Assembly (NCBI GenBank): GCA_963749495.1
Contig: CAVVMW010000001.1
Coordinates: forward strand, 672,001 to 736,000
Direction: 5' to 3'
From: an uncultured bacterium
Lineage (GTDB): Bacteria; Verrucomicrobiota; Verrucomicrobiia; Limisphaerales; UBA8199
DNA: 64,000 bases
Position 1 is the stretch's first letter. The number at the start of each line of letters is the position of its first letter. The notes beneath the pieces are model-generated. The model was not told the origin of the DNA and searched no databases. It saw nothing but the letters and a program-made list of their open reading frames with translations. Made by a program: the position numbers and the translations under genes. This document shows positions 63,907 through 64,000 of this stretch, piece by piece.

Positions 63907-64000
63907 ATGAGCTTTCGCTTTTCGCTTGCATGTGGCTTTCTGTCCCTGGCCATGGCGGCCTTCCGCGCCGCCGGGGCGGAGGCGCCGCTGGGGCTGGCGC
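63907..64000 (+). CDS. Start of a secreted protein (3'-partial)
   Basis: MSFRFSLACGFLSLAMAAFRAAGAEAPLGLA is signal-peptide-like and runs off the window. Confidence 0.5.
   Translation, partial: MSFRFSLACGFLSLAMAAFRAAGAEAPLGLA

Overview
GC-rich bacterial chromosome segment. Gene content, the C-terminal sorting motif, the H-X9-DG prepilin and the repeat families suggest Verrucomicrobiota/PVC (inference). The backbone is housekeeping: ymdB-xseA-xseB-dxs, icd, gatB, lpxK-lpxL-waaF, a glcD-like oxidase, a ROK kinase, a SIS protein, oxidoreductases and an amino-acid ABC transporter. Many genes, including gatB and lpxK, are split by frameshifts that are most likely sequencing indels. Accessory loci are: (1) a 3,122-bp IS1-family cargo element (41544-44665) with perfect 18-bp terminal inverted repeats and an 8-bp target duplication, carrying a degenerate tRNA-Val(TAC)-like RNA, an RHH-like regulator, an N-terminally deleted transposase and four unknown ORFs; (2) an operon of WXG100/HP0062-like helical proteins plus a membrane FtsK/SpoIIIE ATPase, resembling a minimal type VII secretion system in an LPS-making diderm; (3) a Septu/PtuAB-like ATPase plus HNH pair whose Walker B reads DQ instead of DE; (4) a dCTP-deaminase/dUTPase-fold, coiled-coil, TM protein between 285-bp direct repeats; (5) a type III R-M locus with an internally deleted VapC relic between res and mod; (6) a two-gene insert between xseA and xseB; (7) four other toxin-antitoxin modules. 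At least seven families of palindromic repeats and several microsatellites are present, some translated inside proteins. Family assignments come from motif recognition only; no database searches were run.
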